Positions 7,545 to 16,152 of a stretch of DNA of 32,000 nt are shown one piece after another. A program made the position numbers and the translations under genes. The stretch's first letter is position 1; every line of letters begins with the position of its first letter. The notes beneath the pieces are model-generated. The model saw nothing but the letters and a program-made list of their open reading frames with translations, ran no database searches and was not told the DNA's origin. The stretch comes from Pseudodesulfovibrio mercurii (GTDB lineage: Bacteria > Desulfobacterota > Desulfovibrionia > Desulfovibrionales > Desulfovibrionaceae): assembly GCF_000189295.2 (NCBI RefSeq), contig NC_016803.1:1470001-1502000 (forward strand), in the 5' to 3' direction.

Positions 7545-10142
7545 ATGAAGACCGCGCTCAAGACCCTGTTCCACTTCATCCACGGCAATCCCGAGGGAAA
7601 GCGTGAAGCGGTTGAAAAGTTCCTCAACAAGTCCGAAGACTTCCGACTTCTGCTCTCGGCCAACGGCAAGGCCCTGGAGCTCATGGCCGAGATGACGGAC
7701 GCGGCCCGGTCGGGCCAGCCGTCCGGGATCACCCGGGTGCGGGCGTTCAGCGTCATGGTCGCCTCCAGCGTCCGCCAGATGATCGAACGCCTCTGCCGCA
7801 TGGCCCCCGGCCGGTACGATGGCCTGCGCGAGGCCTTCAACGAGATCGTCCGGGACATGGACCAGGCCTTTTCCGGCCCGGCCAAGGGCCCGCTCGGTCC
7901 CCCGGTCATCCGCATGCGCGACGTGCGCGCCATCGACCTGCCCGAGACCGGCTCCAAGGTAGCCATGCTCGGCGAGATCCGGGCCGAACTCGGCGCGGTG
8001 GTGCCGCGCGGCTTCGCCATCACGGCCTCGGCCTTCCGCCTATTCATGCAGTCCACGGGGTTGGACGACGAGATCAACCGGCTCATCCAGATTCATGACG
8101 GGACCACCCTGGAGGAGCTGAGCGATCTGGCCGCGGGCATCCGCCAGGCCATCGACATGGCCCCCATGCCCCGCGAACTGGAAGAGGCCGTGCGCGAACA
8201 GTGCGCCCGCCTGGGCGACATCCGCTTCGCCGTGCGCTCGAGCGCGCTGGGCGAGGACTCGGAACAAACCGGGTTCGCCGGACAGTTCATCTCCAAGCTC
8301 GGCATCAAGCCCGCCCAGGTGACCGACGCCTACCGCGCGGTCATCTCGAGCATGTATTCGGCCACGGCCATCACCTACGTGCGCAACCGGGGGTTGCGCG
8401 AGGACGAAATGGTCATGGCCGCCGGATGCATGGAGATGATCAACGCCGTGGCCGGCGGGGTGGTCTACACCCGGCCCCCGGTGGGCGGCGACGCGGACAC
8501 GCTGATCATCAACGCCGTGCCCGGCCTGCCCTGCGCCGTGGTGGACGGCAGCTCCCTGGCCGACTCCTGGACCGTGGACCGAGGGACCGGCAGGATCGTG
8601 AGCCGCGACATCGCCGAAAAGGAAATCCGCTTCGTGCTGACCTCGGGCGGACAGGTGCGCAAGGAAAAGCTCTACGGCGGCCGCGAACTGGAACCGGCCA
8701 TCTCGGACCACGACGCCGAGCGGCTGGCCGCCCTGGCCCTGCGCATCGAGGAGCACTTCGGCCACCCCCAGGACATCGAGTGGGCCCGCGACCGCGACGG
8801 GCTGATCGTCATTTTGCAGTGCCGTCCCCTGACCATCTGCGAGGAGACGGCCGAGCTTCCGGCCGAGGACGAGGAGAGCCGGGGGCTGGCCATCCTGTCC
8901 GGCTGCATCCCGGCCAGCCCGGGCGCTGCCGCGGGCTACGTGGTCAAGGTCGAGACGGACGAGGACATGTTCCGCTTCCCGGACGGCGCGGTCCTGCTGG
9001 CCCGCAACGCCCGGCCGCAGCTGTCCGCCCTGCTGCCGCGCGCCGCCGCCCTGGTGGCCGAGTTCGGCAGCTCCGTGGGCCACCTGGCCAACGTGGCCAG
9101 GGAATACGCCGTGCCCGCGCTCATCGGCGCGCCCGGCGCGGTGGAGCGGCTGTCCGGCGTTGGCGTGATCACGGTCAACGGGACCAACGGGACCATCTAC
9201 CTGGGACGGCGCAAGCGGATGATCGAGCGGGAGGCCCGCCCGGCGGCCAAGATGCGCACCACGGACGTGGGGCTGGCCCTGGAACGGGTCCTCAAGTTCA
9301 TCACCCCGCTCAACCTGACCGACCCCGAGTCCCCGGACTTCCGGCCCGAGGGGTGCCGGTCCATGCACGACATAACGAGGTTCTGCCACGAAAAGGCGGT
9401 CCACGAGATGTTCACCCCGGGCGAGCGACCCGTGACGGGCGCGCGCAGGCTGGCCGGACAGCAGGCCATGCAGTACTGGCTGGTGGACATCGGCGGAGGC
9501 ACCGCGGGCGCCGACGGGAACGGGTCCCGCCGGAACATCACCATCGAGGACGTCCGGTCCAGCCCCATGCGCGCCCTGTGGTACGGCATGATGGCCGTGC
9601 CCTGGGAGGGCCCGCCGCCCCCGCGCATGGACGGGTTCATGTCGGTCATGACCAACGCGGCCCAGAACCCGGCCCTGGTGGCCGGGGCGCGCAACGACAT
9701 GGGCGAGCGCAACTACTTCATCGTGGGCGGCCACTACTGCAACCTGCAATCCCGGTTCGGCTTCCACTTCTGCACCATCGAGGGATTCGCGGGCGACGAC
9801 CCCAACGTCAACTACGCCCTGTTCCAGTTCAAGGGAGGCGGGGCGAGCATGGACCGCCGCCACCTGCGCGCGCGCCTGGTGTCCGAGGTCCTGGAAAAGC
9901 GCGGCTTCATCGCCGAAATCCGCGAGGACTCCCTGTTCGCGCGGCTGGAGGGCGTGGGCCGCCCGGTGGTGGAGCAGGCCATGGCCATGCTCGGCTACCT
10001 GCTCATGCACACCCGGCAGATCGACATGTCCATGGCCGACCCGGCCATGGTCGTCCGCTACCGCGACAAGTTCGAGGCGGACATCGAGGAACTGCTGGAA
10101 GGATTGCCCGGCGAGCTGCGGGAAGCGGGGTGCGCGGCATGA
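7545..10142 (+). CDS. PEP-synthase/PPDK-like protein: N-terminal helical region, PPDK_N-type ATP-grasp, phospho-His swivel domain, and an uncharacterised ~300-aa C-terminal domain (865 aa)
   Basis: RBS GGAGG upstream. ATP-grasp hallmarks: GSKVAMLGEIRAELGAVVPRGFAITASAF, VRSSALGEDSEQTGFAGQF, DIEWARDRDGLIVILQCRPLT. Swivel-domain hallmarks: AVLLARNARPQLSALLPRAAALVAEFGSSVGHLANVAREYAVPALIG, with the candidate phospho-His codon CAC at 9081-9083. The C-terminal ~300 aa (nt ~9225-10139) do not read like a PEP/pyruvate-binding TIM barrel. Confidence 0.85.
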   Translation: MKTALKTLFHFIHGNPEGKREAVEKFLNKSEDFRLLLSANGKALELMAEMTDAARSGQPSGITRVRAFSVMVASSVRQMIERLCRMAPGRYDGLREAFNEIVRDMDQAFSGPAKGPLGPPVIRMRDVRAIDLPETGSKVAMLGEIRAELGAVVPRGFAITASAFRLFMQSTGLDDEINRLIQIHDGTTLEELSDLAAGIRQAIDMAPMPRELEEAVREQCARLGDIRFAVRSSALGEDSEQTGFAGQFISKLGIKPAQVTDAYRAVISSMYSATAITYVRNRGLREDEMVMAAGCMEMINAVAGGVVYTRPPVGGDADTLIINAVPGLPCAVVDGSSLADSWTVDRGTGRIVSRDIAEKEIRFVLTSGGQVRKEKLYGGRELEPAISDHDAERLAALALRIEEHFGHPQDIEWARDRDGLIVILQCRPLTICEETAELPAEDEESRGLAILSGCIPASPGAAAGYVVKVETDEDMFRFPDGAVLLARNARPQLSALLPRAAALVAEFGSSVGHLANVAREYAVPALIGAPGAVERLSGVGVITVNGTNGTIYLGRRKRMIEREARPAAKMRTTDVGLALERVLKFITPLNLTDPESPDFRPEGCRSMHDITRFCHEKAVHEMFTPGERPVTGARRLAGQQAMQYWLVDIGGGTAGADGNGSRRNITIEDVRSSPMRALWYGMMAVPWEGPPPPRMDGFMSVMTNAAQNPALVAGARNDMGERNYFIVGGHYCNLQSRFGFHFCTIEGFAGDDPNVNYALFQFKGGGASMDRRHLRARLVSEVLEKRGFIAEIREDSLFARLEGVGRPVVEQAMAMLGYLLMHTRQIDMSMADPAMVVRYRDKFEADIEELLEGLPGELREAGCAA

Positions 10143-11815
10143 GTTCCTCCACCTACTCCCGACTCAAGTGGTACCTGGTGCTGATCATCATGGGGTTCTC
10201 CCTGGTCCCGCTCTTCGCCCTGGGCTACTTCATCCACAACGAATTCCGGCAGACCTACGAGGAGAAGCTGACCGACAACCTGCGGCTGATGGTCGCCAAC
10301 CGCCGCGACGCCATCTCCATGTTCCTCAACGAGCGGGTGGTCCAGCTCCAGATGCTGGCCGACATCCACACCTTCGGCGAGATGTCGGACCAGGCCTACC
10401 TGAACAAGGTCTTCGACGCCATCCACGGCACGTCCAGCTCCTTCTTCGACATCGGGGTCATCGGCCAGAACGGCGGCCACGAGGCCTACTGCGGGCCCTT
10501 CGACCTGATGCAGGTCAACTACAAGGACGAACCGTGGTTCCATCAGGTCATGCTCAAGGGGCTGTATATCAGCGACGTGTTCATGGGCTTCCGCAACTTC
10601 CCGCACTTCATCATCGCGGTGAAGCGGCAGGAGGCGGGCCGGACCTGGATTCTGCGGGCGACCATCGACTCCGAGGTGTTCACCTCGCTGGTGCGCAACG
10701 TGCGCACAGGCAAGCAGGGCGACGCCTACATCGTCAACGACAAGGACGTGCTCCAGACCCCGTCGCGCTTCGGCGGCAAGGCCCTGACCAGGGTCGTCCT
10801 GCCCGTGCACCCGCAGGGCGAGGGTGTGGAGATACAGTCCTGGCGGCGGGACGGCGTTCCGATCATCGCCGGGATCACTCCCCTGCCCAACACCAACTGG
10901 CGGCTGGTCATCATGGAGAACCCCGAGGAGGAGCTCTCCCCGCTGATTCGCACCCGCTCGCTGATCTACGCCCTGTTCGCCGGCTGCGGCCTGATGATCT
11001 TCGTCGGGGCCTACGTGACCGTGTCCTCGGCCGTGTCCCGGCTGCGGGCCTCGGACCGCCAACGCGCGGCCATGGACGCGGCGGTCATACAGTCGAGCAA
11101 GATGGCGTCCCTGGGCAAGCTGGCCGCGGGCGTGGCCCACGAGGTCAACAACCCCCTATCCATCATCCGCGAGAGCGCGGGCTGGATACGGGACATCATC
11201 AACGACGGCGAACTCGGCGAAGGCCCGGCCGTGGACGAACTCCAGGAGGCGGTCTCCGACATCGACCGCCACGTGGAGCGGGCCCGGACCGTGACCCACC
11301 GCATGCTCGGCTTCGCCCGGCGCATGGAGCCCCTCCAGGAGGACGTGGACCTGAACATGCTGGCCAACCAGACCGCCTCCTTCCTGGAGAACGAGACCCG
11401 GCACCGGAACATCGAGGTCGTCACCGAGCTGGACCCGGATCTGCCGCTGATCACCACCGACGCCAACCAGATACAGCAGGTCATCCTGAACCTGCTCGAA
11501 AACGCCATCGACGCCATCGACCGCGACGGCCAGATCACGGTGATCACCCGGACGGACGACATGGGCGTGGTCCTGAACATCGCCGACAGCGGGCCGGGCA
11601 TCCCAAAGGAATACCTGGCAAAGGTGTTCGACCCGTTCTTCACCACCAAGCCCACCGGCGAAGGGACCGGTCTGGGGCTGTCCATCGTCTACAGCACCTT
11701 GAGCAAGCTGGGCGGGACCATCAAGGTCAACAGCGAATCCGGACAGGGCACGACCTTCACCATCCACCTGCCCCTCACCGGTCCGCGATTCACGAGCGCC
11801 AAGGAGGAAGCATGA
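10139..11815 (+). CDS. Sensor histidine kinase (HK1) with a periplasmic Cache-like domain (558 aa)
   Basis: ATG at 10139 overlaps the upstream stop (ATGA). The upstream 1938 nt of track ORF 8201..11815 are an out-of-frame shadow. [31 protein letters not shown] (TM1) is followed by ~250 aa with a Cache-like pattern ([28 protein letters not shown]), then TM2. H-box [15 protein letters not shown]; N and G boxes [25 protein letters not shown]. Confidence 0.9.
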   Translation: MSSSTYSRLKWYLVLIIMGFSLVPLFALGYFIHNEFRQTYEEKLTDNLRLMVANRRDAISMFLNERVVQLQMLADIHTFGEMSDQAYLNKVFDAIHGTSSSFFDIGVIGQNGGHEAYCGPFDLMQVNYKDEPWFHQVMLKGLYISDVFMGFRNFPHFIIAVKRQEAGRTWILRATIDSEVFTSLVRNVRTGKQGDAYIVNDKDVLQTPSRFGGKALTRVVLPVHPQGEGVEIQSWRRDGVPIIAGITPLPNTNWRLVIMENPEEELSPLIRTRSLIYALFAGCGLMIFVGAYVTVSSAVSRLRASDRQRAAMDAAVIQSSKMASLGKLAAGVAHEVNNPLSIIRESAGWIRDIINDGELGEGPAVDELQEAVSDIDRHVERARTVTHRMLGFARRMEPLQEDVDLNMLANQTASFLENETRHRNIEVVTELDPDLPLITTDANQIQQVILNLLENAIDAIDRDGQITVITRTDDMGVVLNIADSGPGIPKEYLAKVFDPFFTTKPTGEGTGLGLSIVYSTLSKLGGTIKVNSESGQGTTFTIHLPLTGPRFTSAKEEA

Positions 11816-12210
11816 CCCAGATACGCGTACTTGTGGTTGACGACGAACCCGATTTCCTGAAGCTCATCCAGCGGCGGCTGACCAAACGGAACGTGCACGT
11901 GGACACCGTGACCAACGGCGAGGCCGCCCTGGCCTTCCTCCGGGAGAATCCGGTGGACGTGGTCATCCTCGACGTGCGCATGCCGGGGCTGTCCGGCATC
12001 GACACCCTGAAGGAGATCCGCAAGCGGTTCCGCGACACCGAGGTCATCATGCTGACCGGGCACGGCTCCCTGCAATCGGGCATCGAGGGCATCAGCCTCG
12101 GGGCCTACGACTACATCCTCAAGCCGTTCTCCATCGACAACCTGCTCGGGCGCATCCGCTCGGCCAACGAACACCTCAAGCTGCGCATCGAGAGGCGGGA
12201 ACCGCAATGA
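11812..12210 (+). CDS. Stand-alone response-regulator receiver protein (REC4, 132 aa)
   Basis: RBS AAGGAGGAAG upstream. ATG at 11812 overlaps the HK1 stop (ATGA). [38 protein letters not shown]. Confidence 0.9.
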   Translation: MTQIRVLVVDDEPDFLKLIQRRLTKRNVHVDTVTNGEAALAFLRENPVDVVILDVRMPGLSGIDTLKEIRKRFRDTEVIMLTGHGSLQSGIEGISLGAYDYILKPFSIDNLLGRIRSANEHLKLRIERREPQ

Positions 12211-13124
12211 GTCTGACCTACGCCCGACGGGTGATCATGCTCGGCCGTTCGGCCTACCCCGTGTCCTGCCTGGCCGTGGGCGCGGCCGCCTGGTTTCACG
12301 GGCGCACCGGGGACGGACTGGCCCTGGCCGCGGCCCTGGCCATCGTCTGCGGCATGTGGCTGCTGCTTTTCGCCTCGTCGCACTGGCTGGGCCAGGCAGA
12401 GGCCGAACGCGACGAGATGGGCGAACAGCTCATCCAGTCCCAGCGGGTCCTGGCCCTGGGCGAACTGTCCACGGGCATCGCCCACGAGATCAACAACCCC
12501 CTGAACATCATCCTTCAGGAGGCCGAGCTCATGCGCTACGACCTGGCCCTGGCCCCCACGGCCGAGACCATGGAGGAGGTCCGGTCCAGCCTGGACGTCA
12601 TCTACGCCCAGGTCTCGCGCTGCTCGGACATCACCCACAAGCTCCTGGACCTGGCCCGCAACCGCAAGCCCGTGTCCCAACCCGCGGACATCAACCGGCT
12701 GGTGGAGGACATGCTCGAGCTGGTGGAGCGCGAGGCCGGCCCCCGGGAAATCCATCTCCACCGGCGGCTCAGCCAGGATCTGCCCACCGTCATCTCGGAC
12801 CCGCCGCTGCTGCGCCAGGTCATCCTCAACCTGCTGATCAACGCGATCCAGGCCGTGGACAAGGACGGCGACATCTTCATCACCACCCATCGCGAGGGGA
12901 ACATGGCCTACACCGAAATCCGGGACACCGGGCCGGGCATCTCCGAGGAGAACCGCAAGCGCATCTTCAACCCGTTTTTCACCACCAAGGCCCCCGGCCA
13001 GGGCACCGGGCTCGGCCTGTCGGTCAGTCTGCGAATCATCAACGAACTGGGCGGGGACATTCAGGTGGCCTCCGCTCCGGGCAAGGGCGCCACGTTCACC
13101 GTGCGCATTCCCATCAAACGATAA
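12207..13124 (+). CDS. Histidine kinase (HK2) with a minimal two-helix membrane anchor and no sensor domain (305 aa)
   Basis: ATG at 12207 overlaps the REC4 stop (ATGA). It has two hydrophobic segments (YPVSCLAVGAAAWF and LALAAALAIVCGMWLLLFA). H-box STGIAHEINNPLNII; NLLINAIQA, DTGPGIS, GTGLGLSVS. Confidence 0.9.
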   Translation: MSLTYARRVIMLGRSAYPVSCLAVGAAAWFHGRTGDGLALAAALAIVCGMWLLLFASSHWLGQAEAERDEMGEQLIQSQRVLALGELSTGIAHEINNPLNIILQEAELMRYDLALAPTAETMEEVRSSLDVIYAQVSRCSDITHKLLDLARNRKPVSQPADINRLVEDMLELVEREAGPREIHLHRRLSQDLPTVISDPPLLRQVILNLLINAIQAVDKDGDIFITTHREGNMAYTEIRDTGPGISEENRKRIFNPFFTTKAPGQGTGLGLSVSLRIINELGGDIQVASAPGKGATFTVRIPIKR

Positions 13125-13134
13125 GAGGTGTATC

Positions 13135-13563
13135 ATGACCAATAAGGCGAGAATCCTCGTTGTGGACGACGAGGACCGGTTCCGGCAGTCCCTGTGCCGT
13201 CTGCTGCGCGCGGAGGGCTATACCGTGGACGCGGCCGAAAACGGGCTCGACGCCCTGAACAAACTGGCCACGAACGAGTTCGACGTGGTCCTGCTGGACA
13301 TGAAGATGCCCGGCATGTCGGGCTCGGAGACCTTCAACGAAATACAGCTCCAGGGTTTCGACGTGGAGACCGTCTGCCTGACCGGACACACCTCCATCAG
13401 CGACGCCATGAAGCTGCTGCACAACGGGGTCTTCGACTACCTGCTCAAGCCCGCGTCCATGCCGGAGATTATCGAGACCGTGCAGCGGGCCCTGGAGCGC
13501 AAGCTGCTGCGCCACGGGGAGATCGGCGTGTCGGAACTGATAGACGGGTCCGGAGGGCGCTAG
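13135..13563 (+). CDS. Stand-alone response-regulator receiver protein (REC5, 142 aa)
   Basis: MTNKARILVVDDEDR, VVLLDMKMPGMSG, CLTGHT, YLLKP. It starts 10 nt after the HK2 stop. Confidence 0.9.
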   Translation: MTNKARILVVDDEDRFRQSLCRLLRAEGYTVDAAENGLDALNKLATNEFDVVLLDMKMPGMSGSETFNEIQLQGFDVETVCLTGHTSISDAMKLLHNGVFDYLLKPASMPEIIETVQRALERKLLRHGEIGVSELIDGSGGR

Positions 13564-13598
13564 GCCGCCGGACCCGGCGCAAGGCCCGGGAGGGTTTC

Positions 13599-15122
13599 AT
13601 GGACGATTTCGCATACGAGAACCTCGGCATCTGCTACTGGAACGGATCGCTCGGCCCGTTCAACGTGGGCGTGGTGGGCACCGGCTCCATGCTCCGGGTC
13701 CTGCTCGACATCATCTACAACGAGGCCTTCCGCGAATTTCTGCCCGAGATGTGCCTGGCGGCCATCAGCGACACCGGCCCCGGCGAAACCCTGCCCGAGG
13801 ACTGCGAGACCTGTCCCATCTATCCGACCTACCGGGAGATGCTCGACGCCCACCCCGAGATCAACCTGGTGGTGGAGATCACCGGCGACCGGGGCGTGGC
13901 GGCCCGGCTGCGGCACGAGCTGCCCGCTTCCGTCTCGCTCATCGACCACCGGGAACTGGTCTTCCTGTGCGGGCTGCACGACATGGCCGTGGTCAAGGGC
14001 CACTACATGACCAGCCTGGACCACCAGCGCACCCTGATCCAGTCCATCATCGACGAGATCCGCGAGGACATCTTTCTCCTGGACAAGAGCGGCGACATCC
14101 AGGACCTGAACCGCACGGTCTGGCAGCGGGCGGGCGTACCGCGCAAGGAGCTGCTCGGCAAGCCGTGCTGGGAGGCCGCCCGGCTGCGCGACGGCTCCCC
14201 CTTCTGCAACCAACTGGACCCGGTCTGCCCCTTCCACAAGACGTTGCTCAGCGGCCGCAAGGAAGAGGCCATGGTCACCCGGGTCAACGGCAGCGGCCTG
14301 CTCCAGTATTACCGGCTCTATGCCTACCCGATCTTCGACATGCGCGGGCAAATGTCCCACATCATGGTCATGCACCGCGACATCACCGAGCGGACCCAGC
14401 GCGAGAAGTACCAGCAACAGCAGGACAAGTTCGCCATCATCGGCGAGATATCCACCTACCTGGCCCACGAGATCCGTAACCCGCTGTACGCGGTGGGCGG
14501 GTTCGCCAACGCCCTGCTGCGCTCGCCCAAGCTGGACGAACAGGAGCGCGAAAAGGTCCAGATCATCGTGGAGGAGACCCTCCGTCTGGACAAGCTTTTG
14601 ACCAACATGCTCAATTTCGTGCGCCCCGCGCCCGGTCCCGGCGCGGCCGTGGACCTGGTGGCAGTGTGCCGCGACGTGGCCGAGCTCATGGACGTGGGTT
14701 ACGGACGCCAGGGCTACAACATCTTGGTCCGGCCCGAGGCGAACCTGCCCGCGGTCCAGGGGGACGCCGACGCCCTCAAGCAGTGCCTGGTGAACATCAT
14801 CAAGAACTCCATCGAGGCCATGCCCGGCGGCGGCCAGATCGTCGTGGACCTGACCATGGGCAAGAGCGACGTGGTCGTGCGCATCATCGACACGGGCACG
14901 GGCATGAGCGAGACCGAGCTGGACCGCGCCTTCAACCCCTTCTACTCCACCAAGGCCGACGGCAACGGCCTGGGACTGCCCCTGATCAAGAAGATCATCG
15001 AGGAGTCCGGGGGCAGCGTGACCCTGGCCAGCCGCCCCGGCAAGGGCACCACCGTGACCCTGCACCTGCAACCGGCCATGGACGTGGACCACCCGCCCGT
15101 GAAGGCCGATAACGATACCTAG
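13599..15122 (+). CDS. Cytoplasmic histidine kinase (HK3): Rossmann-like N-terminal region, Cys-rich PAS domain, HisKA and HATPase (507 aa)
   Basis: Lies inside ORF 13194..15122. RBS GGGAGGG, then ATG at 13599 (MDDFAYENLGICYWNG). The N-terminus has FNVGVVGTGSMLRVLLDII (GxGxxG-like). The PAS region carries GKPCWEAARLRDGSPFCNQLDPVCPFHK. H-box STYLAHEIRNPLYAV; NIIKNSIEA, DTGTGMS, GNGLGLPLI. No hydrophobic helices seen. Confidence 0.88.
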   Translation: MDDFAYENLGICYWNGSLGPFNVGVVGTGSMLRVLLDIIYNEAFREFLPEMCLAAISDTGPGETLPEDCETCPIYPTYREMLDAHPEINLVVEITGDRGVAARLRHELPASVSLIDHRELVFLCGLHDMAVVKGHYMTSLDHQRTLIQSIIDEIREDIFLLDKSGDIQDLNRTVWQRAGVPRKELLGKPCWEAARLRDGSPFCNQLDPVCPFHKTLLSGRKEEAMVTRVNGSGLLQYYRLYAYPIFDMRGQMSHIMVMHRDITERTQREKYQQQQDKFAIIGEISTYLAHEIRNPLYAVGGFANALLRSPKLDEQEREKVQIIVEETLRLDKLLTNMLNFVRPAPGPGAAVDLVAVCRDVAELMDVGYGRQGYNILVRPEANLPAVQGDADALKQCLVNIIKNSIEAMPGGGQIVVDLTMGKSDVVVRIIDTGTGMSETELDRAFNPFYSTKADGNGLGLPLIKKIIEESGGSVTLASRPGKGTTVTLHLQPAMDVDHPPVKADNDT

Positions 15123-15145
15123 ACCCCTCCCCCACCCCAAGCAGC

Positions 15146-15175
15146 GAACCCCCGCGCCACACGGCACGGGGGTTC
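15146..15175 (+). terminator. Hairpin after HK3, candidate operon terminator
   Basis: GAACCCCCG (15146-15154), a 12-nt loop, CGGGGGTTC (15167-15175). It starts 24 nt after the stop at 15122. No clear U-tract. Confidence 0.45.
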
Positions 15176-15393
15176 CGGCGTTTCAGGGCCCGGCGCGGCG
15201 GCGGTTCGAGGTCTCCGCAGCCGGGAATTGGGAGCATGGTCGATGCGTGCCGCCGGGCGCTCCGGGAGCGCCGGACCCTTCGCTCGGCCCGGGCGCACGC
15301 CGAGCCTGCCCCGACACGACACCGGACATGCCGTCAGCGGCCGTCCGGCACGATGCGAACCGGCGGGCCGGGACCTTCCACGCCAGGCCCGCT

Positions 15394-15433
15394 GGAAAAG
15401 CTAAGGCCCCGCGCACAGGAAGTGCACGGGGCC
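15394..15433 (-). terminator. Candidate rho-independent terminator of the minus-strand hypothetical gene
   Basis: Stem GGCCCCG (15405-15411) / CGGGGCC (15427-15433). On the minus strand it is followed by TTAGCTTTTCC (complement of 15394-15404). It lies ~50 nt downstream of the stop at 15484. Confidence 0.45.
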
Positions 15434-15483
15434 AGCCCTGCGGGGCTTGCGGATGCCCCTGACGGGAAGAGGAGTGCCCGGAC

Positions 15484-16107
15484 TTACTCCGGGGACTTGG
15501 GAGAAGGTGTGGTGTGTTGGGGGGAGGGGAAAGCGGGGCCCATGTGCTCCGGACCGCCCTGGGCCAACTCGCGCCGGACCTCGTCGAGGTCGATGATGCG
15601 CGGAGCCACCAGAGTGAAACCCGAGGCGTCGCACCAGTCGTGGCTGGTGGCGAACTCGTTGCCGTAGCGGATTTCGTCCAGAATGTAGTAGCCCTCTTCG
15701 CCCATGATGCGGTCCCACTGGTGAACCATGAACTCGAACTTGGAGGGGTCGTACTCGGAGACATTGCTCCACTTCCAGGAAAACTTGCAAATTTCGTTGT
15801 CGAAGCCGAGCACGCAGAGATACTTTGCCCGGCTGTCCAGGAACATGCGTCGGCGAATCTGTAGGGGGTGGGCGATGATGTTGCCGTAATCGAACTCCAC
15901 CGGCTTGCCATCCACCGTTACCTGGATATTGCACATGTCGTCGATGCGCATGCCCCAGGTGGCGGTGTTGCCCTTGCGCCACCATTCCAAGGCCTTCATG
16001 GAATAGACGTCGGGGCCGTACTTCTCGATGGTGCGGGCCGTCTTCTCGGAAACCGGATGCAGGGCAAGGTCACAAGAATGACCGTGTGCGCTAAAAATTA
16101 TTTCCAT
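15484..16107 (-). CDS. Hypothetical cytoplasmic protein (207 aa), no recognisable family
   Basis: Lies inside ORF 15484..16179. The start is placed at ATG 16107-16105 because of the AAGGAG RBS ~10 nt upstream (AAAAGGAGTATGGATAATGG). MEIIFSAHGHSCDLALHPVSEKTARTIEKYGPDVYSMKALEWWRKGN... Codon usage resembles neighbouring genes. The C-terminal tail is Pro-rich. Confidence 0.75.
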   Translation of the reverse strand: MEIIFSAHGHSCDLALHPVSEKTARTIEKYGPDVYSMKALEWWRKGNTATWGMRIDDMCNIQVTVDGKPVEFDYGNIIAHPLQIRRRMFLDSRAKYLCVLGFDNEICKFSWKWSNVSEYDPSKFEFMVHQWDRIMGEEGYYILDEIRYGNEFATSHDWCDASGFTLVAPRIIDLDEVRRELAQGGPEHMGPAFPSPQHTTPSPKSPE

Positions 16108-16152
16108 TATCCATACTCCTTTTGGCTGGTCGCGTTTTCTGTTTCTCCACTT

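Noticed and set aside
8201-10138. N-terminal 646 codons of the 1204-aa ORF 8201..11815
   Set aside because: It is out of frame with, and fully overlaps, the PPDK-like gene. Its translation is an R/G/P/H-rich low-complexity string. The real gene (HK1) begins at the ATGA overlap at 10139.
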